Part shown: one piece after another, positions 1 to 15,760 of the stretch
Position numbering within the stretch: the stretch's first letter is position 1
Layout of the letters: each line of letters begins with the position of its first letter
From: Eledone cirrhosa
Taxonomy: Eukaryota
DNA: 64,000 nucleotides
Direction of reading: 5' to 3'
Assembly: GCA_964016885.1 (NCBI GenBank)
Contig: OZ024749.1
Coordinates: 33,480,001-33,544,000, forward strand
Made by a program: the position numbers and the translations under genes
Notes under the pieces: generated by a model
What the model saw: only the letters and a program-made list of their open reading frames with translations
The model's database searches: none
What the model was told of the DNA's origin: nothing

Positions 1-1115
1 AGTGGTCAAATGGTGTTGCGATAGTAGTCGTGGTATTTGTGATTAGTGATTGAGCTGATATATTTATCACGTTTTCCAGCTATAAGCATCTTGTCTTCTC
101 TCTATATCTACGACTATATTTCAAATGTATACTTCCATCTTCTGAGACAGTCAGTGATTCGAGAGCGATGTTGGCAGTTATTTCTAGCAGATAGTGAAGT
201 CGTGTACAGGCACCACCGTTGGCTCGTTATTGTTGGTGCTGTTGCTGTTTAGCCCCAAGCAGATCAAGTGAACTTCTTAACCATTTAGCTATATGTGTCC
301 ACATTTTCAAACATAAAGAAATTAGGACTATAATATCTGATATGTCCTTCAACCTCTTTCTTCTTTAAAAGACGGCAGTATGGGATTTGAGCTAAGTTTC
401 TAGCAGATCGAAGCTTGTAGTTATGGTATAGGGAATGGTGGTTGATATATGAGCGGAGGGTTGGAGGTGATGGTTGGAGGTGATGGCTGGGAGTGATGGC
501 TGGAGGTTATGGATAGAGGTGATGGTTGTAGGTGATGCGTTGAGGTGTTGGTTGGTGGTGATGGTTTGAGGTGTTGGTTGGTGGTGATGGTTGGAGGTGA
601 TGGTTGGTGGTGATGGTTGGAGGTGATGGTTGGGAGTGATGGATAGAGATGATGGTTGGTAGTGATGGTTGGAAGTGATGGATACAGATGATGGCTGGTG
701 GTGATGGTTGAAGTAGGTGATGATTGGAGGTGATGGTTGGAGGTGATGGTTGGAGGTGATGGTTGAAATAAAAGGAGAGAACTGGACGAACTATAGATGA
801 AAGTGAGTTTAATTAATTTGTTTGTTAGGGTAAACAAAGAGATGTGAAGGAAGAGGGAGAGAAGGAGGGAGGGGGAGATGAAACAGGACAAAAGAACCAG
901 GCTAACCAGTCGGAAAACTATTCAGGTAGTTTTTAGTAATAATATTGGCTAGGTAAACCAGGTGGAACAAAGCGAGGAAACTACTGCCACCACTACCACC
1001 ACTACATATCACCACAACTAACAACAGCAGTAGTAGCAGCAATATCCCTCACAACCAGTAGTAACAGCAGCAACAGACCAGACGAACATGATCTATCTAT
1101 GTATCTATCTATCTA

Positions 1116-1187
<72 letters not shown>

Positions 1188-1307
1188 ACTATCTAACTAT
1201 CTATCAATCTATCTATCCATCTATTTATCTATCTATGTTGCATAGCATAAATGCAAAAAAAATTACACTATGTGTATGCATGCATATGAGCACGTCTGAA
1301 TTTATAA

Positions 1308-1378
<71 letters not shown>

Positions 1379-1462
1379 GATTGAACCAGTTTTAAACTAG
1401 TTAGAGCATTATTCAACAGAGTACTCGATACTTGGGATAGAGTGTGACTATGTTATAAAGAG

Positions 1463-1579
1463 TCTTCCATTGTGGACCACAACACAGTATATTCCAAGTC
1501 ACAGATCTTCCACTGTCGACCACAACACAGTATATTCCAAGTCACACATCTTCCACTGTCGACCACAAAACAGTATATT
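1463..1579. repeat. 43-bp tandem repeat, about 2.7 copies
   Basis: tcttccactgtcgaccacaacacagtatattccaagtcaca(g/c)a repeated. Confidence 0.9.
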
Positions 1580-1791
1580 AAAAAAACTAGTAATGGTATG
1601 AACAAAAGCCATGAAATTTGACCACGATAAATGTTCCTGCCTGATGGAAAAAATGAGCGGGGATTCTAAGCCAACCGAGTACCATTTCTATTAATACGTT
1701 GACTATATTTCTCGACAGTCAAAGAGGAATGTTGTATTGGATATATGTGTATGGATTCCAGGTCTGAACACCACCGATTTTTTTCCAGAGA

Positions 1792-1861
<70 letters not shown>

Positions 1862-1958
1862 GAGAGTGAGAGAGTAGGAGAGGGATAGAGAGAGAGATAG
1901 AGATAGATAGAGAGATAGAGAGATAGATAGATAGATGGATAGATAGATAGATAGATAA

Positions 1959-2157
1959 ATTTCTTTATTAGCCACAAGGGCACAAAAGAAGGGGACAAAT
2001 AAAAATGGGGAGTTTACATACAGGTATATGAAAATAAAACTATTAATACAATAACAAATAACAATTGAAATCCCCAATAGGGGGGGAGGTGTTACACAGG
2101 GGTTGTACACACCCCGAAAAAATGTACAACCCTCATCTCCAGGAGCACCAAGAGTAA
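1959..2157 (-). mobile_element. 3'UTR fragment of the same L1/Tx1-type family
   Basis: Reverse complement matches the 23010-23243 UTR (gctcctg..gagggttgtaca..ttttcggggtgtg; tttgtgcccttgtggctaataaagaaa). Ends in (TATC)n. Confidence 0.75.
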
Positions 2158-2420
2158 GATGTAATGAATCAGAGACATGTAATGCGTTTGTTGTATAAGT
2201 ACTCATATCAATATTTGGAGCAACTCAATTGGATCGAAGTATTGATAAAATCCGAGCTATTGATGTTAGAACCCAGAAATGATTTATCTTTACCAGAACT
2301 GATCAGAGAAGTAGTTATTGGTTCGTCAAATATGAAATTTGGATAAATTTGTAGAAAAAAACAATAAATTTCTACAAATTTCATACTTGACCATCCAAGT
2401 CATAGTCATAGTCATAGTCA

Positions 2421-3402
2421 CCCAGACATAAACTCTCTCTATTACGTCCCACCAAACAACGTCACATGACATGACGTCATATAGCAGCCCCAGACATTGT
2501 TAGACTATCTCTCTATTACGTCCCACCAAACAACGTCACATGACATGACGTCATATAGCAGCCCCAGGCATTGTTAGACTATCTCTCTATTATGTCCCAC
2601 CAAACAACGTCACATGACATGACGTCATAGCAGCCCCAGACATTGTTAGACTATCTCTCTAATATGTCCCACCAAACAACGTCACATGACATGACGTCAT
2701 AGCAGCCCTAGACATTGTTAGACTATCTCTCTATTACGTCCCACCAAACAACGTCACATGATATGACGTCATAGCAGCCCCAGACATTGTTAGACTATCT
2801 CTCTATTATGTCCCACCAAACAACGTCACATGATATGACGTCATAGCAGCCCCAGACATTGTTAGACTATCTCTCTATTATGTCCCACCAAACAACGTCA
2901 CATGATATGACGTCATAGCAGCCCCAGACATTGTTAGACTATCTCTCTATTATGTCCCACCAAACAACGTCACATGATATGACGTCATAGCAGCCCCAGA
3001 CATTGTTAGACTATCTCTCTATTACGTCCCACCAAACAACGTCACATGATATGACGTCATAGCAGCCCCAGACATTGTTAGACTATCTCTCTATTACGTC
3101 CCACCAAACAACGTCACATGACATGACGTCATAGCAGCCCCAGACATTGTTAGACTATCTCTCTATTACATCCTACCAAACAATGTCACATGGCATGACG
3201 TCATAGCAGCCCCAGACATTGTTAGACTATCTCTCTATTACGTCCCACCAAACAACGTCACATGATATGACGTCATATAGCAGCCCCAGACATTGTTAGA
3301 CTATCTCTCTATTATGTCCCACCAAACAACGTCACATGACATGACGTCATATAGCAGCCCCAGACATTGTTAGACTATCTCTCTATTATGTCCCACCAAA
3401 CA
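2421..3402. repeat. 72-74 bp minisatellite, about 13.5 copies
   Basis: Unit CAGACATTGTTAGACTATCTCTCTATTAYGTCCCACCAAACAACGTCACATGAYATGACGTCAT(AT)AGCAGCCC starts at 2491, 2565, 2637 ... 3361. No unique spacers. Confidence 0.97.
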
Positions 3403-3651
3403 AGAAACATCACACGTGTTCCGCAACAAACTACATCACACCACATCCCGTCATGCCTCGCTTCGCTACACCGAACCACAATATGTCCCAATACAGAGAA
3501 CACCACGATTCCCCCCCCCCCCCCACCCCCCCCCCGACACACACACACATACACACATACACACATACACACATAGACACACTCACACATACACATCTAT
3601 ACACCAAAAGTAGCCGGCAAATCATCACACCAAAAAGCATACCGTACTTAC

Positions 3652-3730
3652 ATGACGTCACAGCCCGCCCCCCGGAAGCAAAGTTATTGAAATAGCTTTA
3701 TCTTACATCCGGTTCATTGTAAACGGAAGT
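3652..3730. promoter_or_regulatory. Possible promoter-like motif cluster (CRE, GC box, ETS)
   Basis: TGACGTCA at 3653, CCCGCCC at 3664, CCGGAAG at 3672 and CGGAAGT at 3724, all within 80 bp. No linked gene identified. Confidence 0.3.
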
Positions 3731-3829
3731 TAGACTCTAGACCATTAAACAGAGGAAAGCTTTCAGCTTTTTCTGCTCAATACTAATGTAGATGTTATTA
3801 TTGATGAGCATAATGTTGTTAATGGCGGT

Positions 3830-4092
3830 AGTGATGATGATGATGGTGATGATGATAGTAAGGATGATGGCGGTAGTGATGATGATGATGATGGTGATGG
3901 TGATGATGATGATGATGATGATGGTGGTGATGATGATGGTGGTGATGGTGGTGATGATGGTGGTGGTGGTGGTGGTGGTGATGGTGATGGTGGTGATGAT
4001 GATGGTGATGATGATGGTGGTGGTGGTGGTGATGGTGATGATGGTGATGATGATGATGGTGATGGTGATGATGATGGTGGTGATGATGATGT

Positions 4093-4135
<43 letters not shown>

Positions 4136-4155
4136 GGAGGAGGAGGAGGAGGATA

Positions 4156-4195
<40 letters not shown>

Positions 4196-4215
4196 GGAGG
4201 AGGAGGAGGAGGATA

Positions 4216-4254
<39 letters not shown>

Positions 4255-4391
4255 TATGATGATGACAAAGGATGATGATAATGATGATGATGATGATGGT
4301 GATGGTGATGATGATGGTGATGATGATGATGATGATGATGATAATGATGATGATGATGATGATGGTGATAATGATGATGATGATGATGATG

Positions 4392-4428
<37 letters not shown>

Positions 4429-5000
4429 CGTTGATGATGATGATGATGTATGATGATGACAAAGGATGATGGTGATGATGATGAAGATGATGATGATGAT
4501 GATGATAAGGATGATGCTGATGAGTATGGTGGGATTGATGATGATGATCATGGTGATAGTGGTGGTGATGACGGTGATGATGATGATCAATATGGCGATG
4601 AGTGTGATGATGATGATGATGATGGTGATGGTGGTGACGATGAAAATGAAAATAATTTGTAATTTAAGGACAAAGATAAATAAAAGTACCAGTCTACTCC
4701 TGGGGTCGTTTATTCCTTATGTACATATATGCATTAGTTGAAGAAGAAGAAGAAGAAGAAGAAGAAGAAGAAGAAGAAGAAGAAGAAGAAGAAGAAGAAA
4801 AGAAGAAGAAGAAGAAGAAGAAAAGAAGAGAAGAAGAAGAAGAAGAAGAAGAAGAAGAAGAAAAGAAGAAAAGAAGAAGAAGAAGAAGAAGAAGAAGAAG
4901 AAGAAGAAAAGAAGAAGAAGAAGAAGAAGAAGAAGAAGAAGAAGAAGAAGAAGAAGAAGAAGAAGAAGAAGAAGAAGAAAAAGAAGAAGAAGAAGAAGAA
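3830..5000. repeat. Compound (GAT/GGT)n and (GAA)n microsatellites
   Basis: Direct inspection. Confidence 0.95.
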
Positions 5001-5507
5001 GTGTGAGAAAAAGGCGACGGAGAAGGAAAAAGTAGAAACATCTCCAAGATTTGAAACTGATAAATTTTTAAATTGATGAATAAGAGATCGATATTGTGAT
5101 GAAGAAAGGGAAGAAATAGGGAACAAAAGAGAGAAAGGAAGAAAGTAAGAAAAGATGAACATGATTAAATGATATTTTTTACAATGACAAAAGAAAAAAC
5201 GATAACTAATAGACATATAGAAAAGTGGAAAAAGCAACATCATCATCAACAACAACAACAATATCAGCAGCAATAACAGTAGCAACAGCAACAACAGCAA
5301 CAATAGCAACTACAGCAGTAACAACAACAACAACAACAACAACAACAGAAGCTATAGCAACAATAACAGCAGCAACAACAGCATCAATAGCACCAGCAAC
5401 AAAAGCAGGCATACATATATAAATACATACATATATACATATATGTACATACATGCACTCATATATACATACATACATATCTGCATACATACATATAGAA
5501 CACATAA

Positions 5508-5582
<75 letters not shown>

Positions 5583-7040
5583 AATATATATATATATATA
5601 TATATACATTCATGGAATTTATTGACATGACAAGAACACAAGTTAATTTATCTGAGTTAGCACTCAATGATACACAAAATGAATTGCTTCAAATTAATTA
5701 TTCGAGTTTGAAAGGTTCCCAAGCAGGGAGTATAGACACAGTGTGAACCTTATACAGCAGACCGCAACGACAAAAAACTGAAGAAAAACAAACATATTTA
5801 ATTGAACTGTAGTAGTTTCTAATGCCCTAGACTATATATCTGGTTAAAAGTATAATTGCATATTTTCAGCATTTGCGTAAGCAAATTGGACTGGTGCAAA
5901 CTCATCAGTGGGTATTTGTCTCACGGACTGTAACAAAACCTGCTAGCATGACTGTTCAGCTACTACTAAAGTAATCTAGTCGTTGTCGTCTGTCATGTGG
6001 CTTAGTAGATAGTTGTAAGAGAGTAGTACATTAGTCCAGCTACTAAATGTTGAGCTATGTGTACGGAAGAAAACGTATACAACCGCAAGAATATGGTCCG
6101 AATGTGGAAGAGCCGAACTCCCACTGTCATCGCCTCTATCACTCTCGCCCTCCCTTAGTTGAAATACGTTCTTCTTGCATGTTTTATGCAGTACTGTTCG
6201 CTTTCAATATCTATTCAAACTTGAAGCACTTGACTATTTTTGGGAAGAATCTATAAATAGGAGTGAATGTATCAATGTCGTATTTGGACAATATTAACAC
6301 GAGCAAATTCTTCTGAGTTCTCCCAATCAACATTGACAGACACACGAAATACATGGCTTCAAAATGGCAAATAATTAGATTTAGAAAGAAGGGCTAGGTG
6401 CAAACTTCATACCGATGACAGCAACAAATACCCCGGGAACACACATACACATACACACTTATATACATACACAAACATACATAAATACATACACTACACT
6501 GCATTATATTGCCTTACACTGCACTACACTACACAACATCAGAGTATGCTCTCATTGCATCACATTGCACTCAACTCCACTACAGTATACCGCTCTTGAA
6601 TACACTACACTACACTACACTACACTACATTACACTGCAATATACTACACTACACTACACTACAGTATATCTCACTGCACTGCACTGCACTACACTACAC
6701 TACATTATACTACACTACACTACACATCAGTATATAACACTAAATTACACAACACTACACTACATTACACTACACTACACTACACTACACTACACTACAC
6801 TACACTCACTAAGCCACACTATACAGTACAGCACCACACTTTAATACACTGCACTACACTGCACTACAATACATTGCACTACACTACAATACATTGCACT
6901 ACAATAGATTACACCTCCCTCCACTCCACTCCACTGCATTCCACTACACTCCACTCTATTAAAGCACACTGCACACACAGGTACACAAAGACATAAGCAC
7001 ACACGAACGCACGCGTACACACGCACCCACGCACATGCAT

Positions 7041-7126
<86 letters not shown>

Positions 7127-7249
7127 ACAACTAAAACCTCTTTGAAGCAACGGAAATATTAATTTTTTATCAATACCGGAGGGATGAAAAAAATGTTTTC
7201 GATCCTATTTCGATGGTGAACACACGAGGTAAAGGAACAAAAGAATTAT

Positions 7250-7946
7250 ACCATCACCATCACCATCACCATCACCATCACCATCACCATCAACATCACC
7301 ATCAACACCACTACCATCATCACCATCAACACCACTATCATCATCAACACCGCCACCATCACCATCAACACCCTATCACCATCAACACCACCTCCAATAT
7401 CACCATCACCATCACCATCAACACCACCATCACCATCACCATCACCATCACCATCACCATCAACACCACTATCATCATCAACACCACCACCATCACCATC
7501 AACACCCTATCACCATCAACACCACCTCCAATATCACCATCACCATCACCATCACCATCAACACCACCATCACCATCACCATCACCATAAACATCACCAT
7601 CAACACCACTATCATCATCAACACCGCCACCATCACCATCAACACCCTATCACCATCAACACCACCTCCAATATCACCATCACCATCACCATCAACACCA
7701 CTATCACCATCAACATCAACACCACTACCATCATCATCATCATCAGCATCATCACCATTACCACCATTACCACCATTACCACCACCTCCATCAACTTAAT
7801 CACCATCATCCCCCCCAACCTCATCATCACCACCACCAACATCATCATCGTGACCACTATCATCATGGAGGTTAGATATTTATTGATGCTTGGACAGCAT
7901 TTGTTGTTGTTGTTGCTTTTGTTGTTGTTGCTGTTGTTATTGTTGC

Positions 7947-7980
<34 letters not shown>

Positions 7981-8303
7981 ACTGATGTTGTTGTTACTGT
8001 TGCTGTTGCTGCCATTGCTGTTGTTGTTGTTGCTGTTGTTGTTGTAGCTGGTGTTGTTGCTGTTGTTGTTGTTGTTGTTGTTACTGATGTTGTTGTTACT
8101 GTTGCTGTTGCTGCCATTGCTGTTGTTGTTGTTGCTGTTGTTGTTGTAGCTGGTGTTGTTGCTGTTGTTGTTGCTGTTGTTGCTGTTGTTGTTGCTGTTG
8201 TTGTTGCTGTTGTTGTAGCTGGTGTTGTTGTTGTTGCTGTTGTTGTAGCTGGTGTTGGTGTTGTTGTTGTTGCTGTTGTTGTTGTTGCTGTTGTTGTTGC
8301 TGC

Positions 8304-8336
<33 letters not shown>

Positions 8337-8952
8337 AGCTGGTGTTGTTGCTGTTGTTGTTGCTGTTGTGGTGTTGTTGTTGCTCTTGTTGTTGTTGCTG
8401 TTGTTGCTGTTGTTGTTGCTGTTGTTGTAGCTGTTGTTGTTGTTGTTGCTGTTGTTGTTGCTGTTGTCGTTGTTGTTGTTGCTGTTGTTCTTGCTGTTGT
8501 TGCTGTTGTTGTTGTTGTCGCTGTTGCTGTTGTTGTTGTTGTTGTTGTTGTTGCTGTTGTTGCTGTTGTTGTTGTTGCTGTTATTGTCGCTGTTGTTGTT
8601 GTTGTTGTTGTTGTTGCTGTTGTTGTTGTTGTTGCTGTTGTTGTTGCTGTTGTTGTTGTTGTTGTTGTTGCTGTTGTTGCTGTTGTTGTTGTTGCTGTTG
8701 TTGCTGTTGTTGTTGTTGCTGTTGTTGTTGCTGTTGTTGCTGTTGTTGTTGTTGCTGTTGTTGTTGCTGTTGTTGCTGTTGTTGTTGTTGCTGTTGTTGT
8801 TGCTGTTGTTGTTGTTGCTGTTGTTGCTGTTGTTGTTGTTGCTGTTGTTGTTGCTGTTGTTGTTGTTGCTGTTGTTGTTGCTGTTGTTGCTGTTGTTGTT
8901 GTTGCTGTTGTTGTTGCTGTTGTTGTTGTTGCTGTTGTTATTGTTGCTGTTA
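7250..8952. repeat. (CAC/CAT)n followed by a long (GTT/GCT)n microsatellite
   Basis: Direct inspection. Source of the poly-N/Q/C/L pseudo-ORFs. Confidence 0.95.
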
Positions 8953-9145
8953 TTCAAGTTCCTGTAAATGTTAATACAGCGAGGTTTTCATTTTTTCCTC
9001 TCTGTCGTTCACGCTACGTTAGTTCAAACGTTCTTTGAAGAAGTCAAAACATTGGAAATCACTTTATCTAAACACTTCCTACATTACGATCATATACACT
9101 AAACTCTACATTACTACCATATATACACACTAAACTCTACAATAC

Positions 9146-9195
<50 letters not shown>

Positions 9196-9320
9196 TCTTT
9201 TACTGTTTTACCTGTTCCAGCCACCCGGCTGAGGCCATGCTGGGGCACCGATACTAAATACTACATTACCATCATATATATATATATATATACATATACA
9301 CACTAAGCACTACATTACCA

Positions 9321-9355
<35 letters not shown>

Positions 9356-9511
9356 TATTGGAGGTCTGAAATAACGATGTATACATGAGTGTATGTATAG
9401 TTTATTTGGCGATATACTATATGTTTAATTAAAAACATATATATATATATATATATACTAAATACTTCGTTTCTATCATATATATATATATACTAAACAC
9501 TACAGTACCAT

Positions 9512-9664
<153 letters not shown>

Positions 9665-9666
9665 GA

Positions 9667-9906
9667 CACAGAGGAGACTGAGGTTAGCTGGACATGCTCA
9701 CCGAGATCCAGAGTTGACATTGCACTCAGTGCTCCTTTGGGAGCCCCTACATGGACACACTAGAAGAGGAAGACCAAGGTTAACGTATGTTGATGCCCTA
9801 AGGACAGACACTGGTCTGTTGGAGACGCAGGACATGGCAGCGATAATGAGGGACAGAGACCGCTGGAGAGAACTCGTCTATGGATCTCGGGAATTTTACC
9901 CGCCTT

Positions 9907-9908
<2 letters not shown>
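9667..9908 (+). mobile_element. RTE LINE 3' fragment
   Basis: [12 protein letters not shown]...LLWEPLHGHTRRGRPRLTY...DRDRWR is a typical RTE C-terminus. Flanked by (TA)n. Confidence 0.8.
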
Positions 9909-9962
<54 letters not shown>

Positions 9963-10261
9963 CTGCTCTGTAGAACAACTGATGTTATTACATTGAGCTA
10001 TTTATCTTACTGGTAATAAGGTAGTAATAAATTACTGTCTTTCACTGTTTAGGGTTTAAAATATATATAACTATAAAAAGTTTTAGTATATACATAACCA
10101 TAAATAGTATCCTTAATACTATATATATATATATATATATATATAAATATATATACACACACACTAAACAATACATCCCAGTATCCAAAACGTTAAGACT
10201 CTTTTCCTATTATTTCAAGCCATACTATACAATACTATGCAATTATAACACTATACTATAC

Positions 10262-10484
10262 AATAATGGTTTCTCATATAGGCACAAGGCCAGCAATTTT
10301 GGGGCAGGGGAAAGTCGATTAAATTGACTTCGGTTCGTGACTGGTACTTTATTTTATCGACACCGTAAGGATGAAAGGCAAAGAGCTAACCTCGGCGGGA
10401 TTTGAACTCAGAGTGTGAAGAACCGTAACTCTATGCAGCAAATCATGGCGTCCGATTCTCTACCGATACTGCCAATCCACCGCC
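10262..10484 (-). mobile_element. tRNA-derived SINE (most abundant family in the window)
   Basis: Minus strand has A-box-like TGGCAGTATCGG, B-box GAGTTCAAATCC, body GCCTTTCATCCTTACGG..TCGATAAAATAAAGTACCAG and 3' GGCCTTGTGCC. Further copies or fragments at ~11975, 12590, 12762, 14580-14995, 25320, 33425, 33880, 48820, 62908, 63156, 63389. Confidence 0.85.
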
Positions 10485-11750
10485 ATTATACTATACAATT
10501 ATAACACTATACTATATAAATATAGCAGTATAACATACAATTTTAACAGAATACGATAGAATTGTAACAGGATACTATACAATTATAACACTATAGTATA
10601 TAATTATAACACTATAGTATAAATACAGTGTATCTTGCATTATGAAATACCGTAGTTTTTTCAATTACAGAACCATATGGAGCTATATTCAAATGGCTTC
10701 TTCAAAACATCCACCATTGCTTCGTTAACTCCAACAGATGAAATAATTTCACGCTTCCAAAAGCAATTGAAGAGCAATCGTATTTAACCCCCGGGAGTAA
10801 TAACCCCTTTGAAAATAGTTAATAATAACCTTGGATTAACTAAGAAAATAAAAATAAAATAAAAATATACGAAGAGATAACTTTCTATAAATTTTTCATT
10901 TTTTTAAGTTCGAAATAAATTAACTAATTATTATTCTTATCGCGTGAACAAGAGTGTCGGCTACAAACCTTGGCTAAATGTGGTTCCGCCACAGCTGAAC
11001 ACATTGCTGTCCTTTCTAATTAAACTCTGCCTAGTCCAATGCTGTGCAGGGGTGTTCCAGCAAGGAGCATATCAGGAGGTGCTACGTGGTCGGTGGTTCG
11101 ATGCCGCAGTCACATACAAACGTCCCCATCCTTTAAATATCCCCATTTTTCTTTTTCCAGATTGACTTTTATCTTAATTGGTTGAGGCATTTCCACACTG
11201 CATAGTTTGTATCTGCCCCGAGGAGCAGTGCCTCGCTCGCCTTTAGCTCCATTGTTGTTACTAATTAATAAAGAAAATTGCAAAAAAAAAAAAATAAAGG
11301 AGAATGAAACTATTCTAAAATAAAATTATATTTACACATTCATATTCTCAAGTCATTTAATCCCACTGCTTTCAGGAATAAACTTGATATTTTTCAAATC
11401 AATTTCAAAGATTAATCCCCACCGAAGTAAACTAATTTGATTATATTAGGCAATGCCAACAAATTAGACATATTTCTAATTTGTTCCCCATACAAAATTA
11501 TCCCCCTTTACGCCACAAGGTAAAATATAGAAAGTAATAAGAAGTATCTTCAAATGAACCAGCCGCCTAACCAAACTAATGTAGAAAACAAACGAGACGC
11601 TTCTCTATAGATATTGATGTTGTATTAGAGAGTTAATATATTTGTCTGTCTGCCTACCTGCTTGCCTGTTGGTCTGTGTCTATATTCATTTATTTATCTA
11701 TCTATATCGACCTCTCTTTCTCTCTCCCTTTATCTCTTTCTCTCTCTGTA

Positions 11751-11835
<85 letters not shown>

Positions 11836-12165
11836 GTCTATTGTATTAGAGAGTTAATATATTTGCCTGCCTACCTAGCTGCCTTGTTTGTCTTTGTGTC
11901 TATTTATTTATCTATCTACCAATCTATATCGATCGCTAGATCTATAACGATTATATGTTACTCAATTACAGCCCTTTACGTTCAAATCCCACCGAGGTTA
12001 ATTTTGCCTTTCATTCTTTCAGGGTCGATAAATAAAGCACCAGTAATGCACCGGGGTCGATTTAATGGACTTTCCCCTCTCCCTTCAAATTACTGGCCTT
12101 GTGCCTAAAGTAGAAACAATTATATTTACTTGTGCTCTCTATCTTTCTCTCTCTTTCTCCCCCCC

Positions 12166-12199
<34 letters not shown>

Positions 12200-13593
12200 G
12201 CACACATATATATAAAACTAAGAATCTAATCAGCAAAGAAAGTAATAGTCATGTGAGATGTTTCACACTTCTTCCGCAATATCTTCAAATTCTGGAAAGA
12301 AAAGTGATTTTCTTTTCGCCGTAAGAAACCTAATTCGAGTCAAAAGAATGTGCAGTGGTGATGAGTCTGACTCTCTTTGGGAGCTTATTTTTCCAAACCG
12401 CATCCATGGGCAAGGTTCGTCTATGTGGCAGACCAGCAGTCACCCATGTATATTAGTCTCTCTCCTCCACGTCACCGATGTTGTCCAAGGGAAAGGCAAG
12501 TGACGTCGCATCTCAAGTAATCGTAGAAAGAAAATGGCCATAAGAGATATTTCGATGCCCCATCAATTCCACCAGTTTACTATTTGGGACTAGCTGGTTA
12601 CTTTATTTACTAACCCCATCAAGGATGAAATGCAAAGCTAACTTCGCTTGAATTTGAACTCAGAACGCAGAGATCTGAATCAAACAGCTCGAAGCATTTA
12701 ATACGACGTTTTCACAACTTTGCCAGTTGATGTTGTTGTTGGCGATAATGATGATTATGATAATTGTTTCTACTTTTGGCACAAGGCCAGCAATTATCCC
12801 CAGTGTATTACTGGTATTTTATTTTATCGACCCTCGTAATGATGAAAGGCAAAGTTAACCTCGGGGGGATTTGAACTCAGATCATAAAGGACCGTAACTC
12901 TGTGCTGCAAAGCATGGAGTCCGACCCTCTACCGATACTGCCAATCCACTGCTCATGATGATTATGATAATGATAATTAGGAAGATGGTGATGCTGCTGT
13001 TGTTGACGATGATGATGATGAAACTGTCTATTTCCAAGTCAGCCTATGATTGAACAGATCTCTAACGAAAGACACTTTTATCGTAACACAAAGACAGTAC
13101 AAATCAACGCAGAGAGGCAACATACAGCCCAGTGGAATGCGGAAGTTTGTGCAACTAGAAAACAGACGGAGATTCAAATAATTTGTGGCTCAGGTATTCA
13201 GACATTGAAATTCTTGTTGATAAAATACTTTTTTAAATTTTTTTCATGGATTGGGATACCTTGAGAAATTTTCAGGATATAACATTAGAGAGAAATTGAA
13301 TACAGAACTCCCAGCCGCATATCAAACTAACTGCTTATTAACTTCATGTGAATGAGTTTTTGATGCAAACAATTGGCCATGATACAGACAGCTGTCTTTA
13401 GAATCAAATTTCAGAATTTTCAAATGTAATTTAACGTTAAACCTTTTTTAATTCTATTTTTGTGAGTGCGTGTGCGTGGCAACGAATGAGAGTTAAAAAA
13501 AAAAGAATAAAACAAACTCAATTTACATTAAAACGAAAAAAATATATTGTGTAATAAATAAACAAATGATATCCAATTTTGTTCAAATAAACG

Positions 13594-13656
<63 letters not shown>

Positions 13657-13659
13657 TAG

Positions 13660-13691
<32 letters not shown>

Positions 13692-13948
13692 GATTATTTA
13701 TTTTAAGTTTGCTGATGTCTTGATGTTTTAGCCGTTTTCTTTTTTGTCATAATAATAATAATATTAATAATAATAATATGACAGAAGGATTTTTTTTTCA
13801 TTTGCAATAATTAAAGATATAACTGACTGAATCACAGAATAGAAAAACCCAAACGTTTAAAAGAGAATACTATAGTAACAACCAGACAAAAATTTGAATC
13901 AGAAAAAAAATTAATGCGCTATTTTTTCTTTCCCTTCTGTCTTATTTC

Positions 13949-14070
<122 letters not shown>

Positions 14071-14150
14071 TACTATCATAATGATATAAATAATAAATAT
14101 ATATATATATATATATGTTCTCAGTATGGTGAACTAACTGTTGTCTGACC

Positions 14151-14268
<118 letters not shown>

Positions 14269-15142
14269 TATATCATTGTGAAGTATTAACTCTCAACGGT
14301 CTTTGTTATCAAAAATCTGTTTATTTTATTATTTTATTTTTATTTATTATTATTATTATTTTTTAGACGTGCGCGGGGGGATGGGGGAAGTGGGGGGGGG
14401 GGGGGCTATATAGGGGTATATAGAGGGATATAGGGACTGTTACCATGCAGATTGAAAATATTTCAATGAATGGCAACAGAAATAAAAATGAGGAACAACT
14501 AATGCTACATATAACATTGGACCAAAAGCCAGGCTGCCGTTTTAAACTTAAATATATTTTGTTAGATGAAATAAAGTATAATAATTGTTTCTACTTTTGG
14601 CACAAGGCCAGTAATTATTCCAGTGTATTACTGGTACCTTATTTTATCGACCCCGTAAGGGTGAAAGGCAAAGTTAACCTCGGTGGGATTTGAACGTAGA
14701 CCGTAAAGGGCCGTAACTCTATGCTGCACAAAGCATGGCGTTCGACCCTCTACCGATACTGACAATAATTGCTTCTACTTTTGGCACAAGGCCAGCAATT
14801 ACCCAGTACATTACTGGTACTTTATTTTATCGACCCTGTAAGGATGAAAGGCAAAGTTAACCTACTATAGGCACAAGGCCAGTGATTTGGGGAAAGGGGA
14901 AAGTCGATTTAATCGACCTCAGTGCATTACTGGTTCTTTATTTTATCGACCCCGTAAGGATGAAGGGGAAAAACTAAGGATTTGAACTCAGACCGTATTT
15001 TGAATTTTGTGTGGTCAGTTTCTGTTTTGACGTGTCCTGGTGTGATGTTGAAGAGAGCAGGGCCAATTGAGGTGAAATAATTGTGCCGTATTGTTGTCAT
15101 GAGTTGCGATTTAGATTTTTGTTTGGGACGGATAGCACGGGG

Positions 15143-15318
<176 letters not shown>

Positions 15319-15329
15319 TTATATATATA

Positions 15330-15360
<31 letters not shown>

Positions 15361-15361
15361 T

Positions 15362-15428
<67 letters not shown>

Positions 15429-15446
15429 ATATTTATATTTATATAA

Positions 15447-15605
<159 letters not shown>

Positions 15606-15619
15606 TATAAATATAAATA

Positions 15620-15707
<88 letters not shown>

Positions 15708-15760
15708 CATATATATATATATATATATACATATATATAACTATATATATATATATATAT

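Noticed and set aside
2421-3402. CRISPR-like periodic array
   Set aside because: Units are wholly repeated with no unique spacers, there are no cas genes and the context is eukaryotic.
5860-5910. CTGATGA...GAAA on minus strand
   Set aside because: Stem II is not in register with GAAA and there is no stem I pairing.
3737-8974. Long ORFs of poly-I, H, N, C, L, E or K
   Set aside because: Translations of trinucleotide microsatellites. The same applies to the YI/CV/HT ORFs throughout and to 41877-43404.
10671-10787. Candidate exons (also 24395-24446, 24619-24629, 41920-41958)
   Set aside because: Splice-like signals only, no recognisable protein, and such signals are common by chance in AT-rich DNA.
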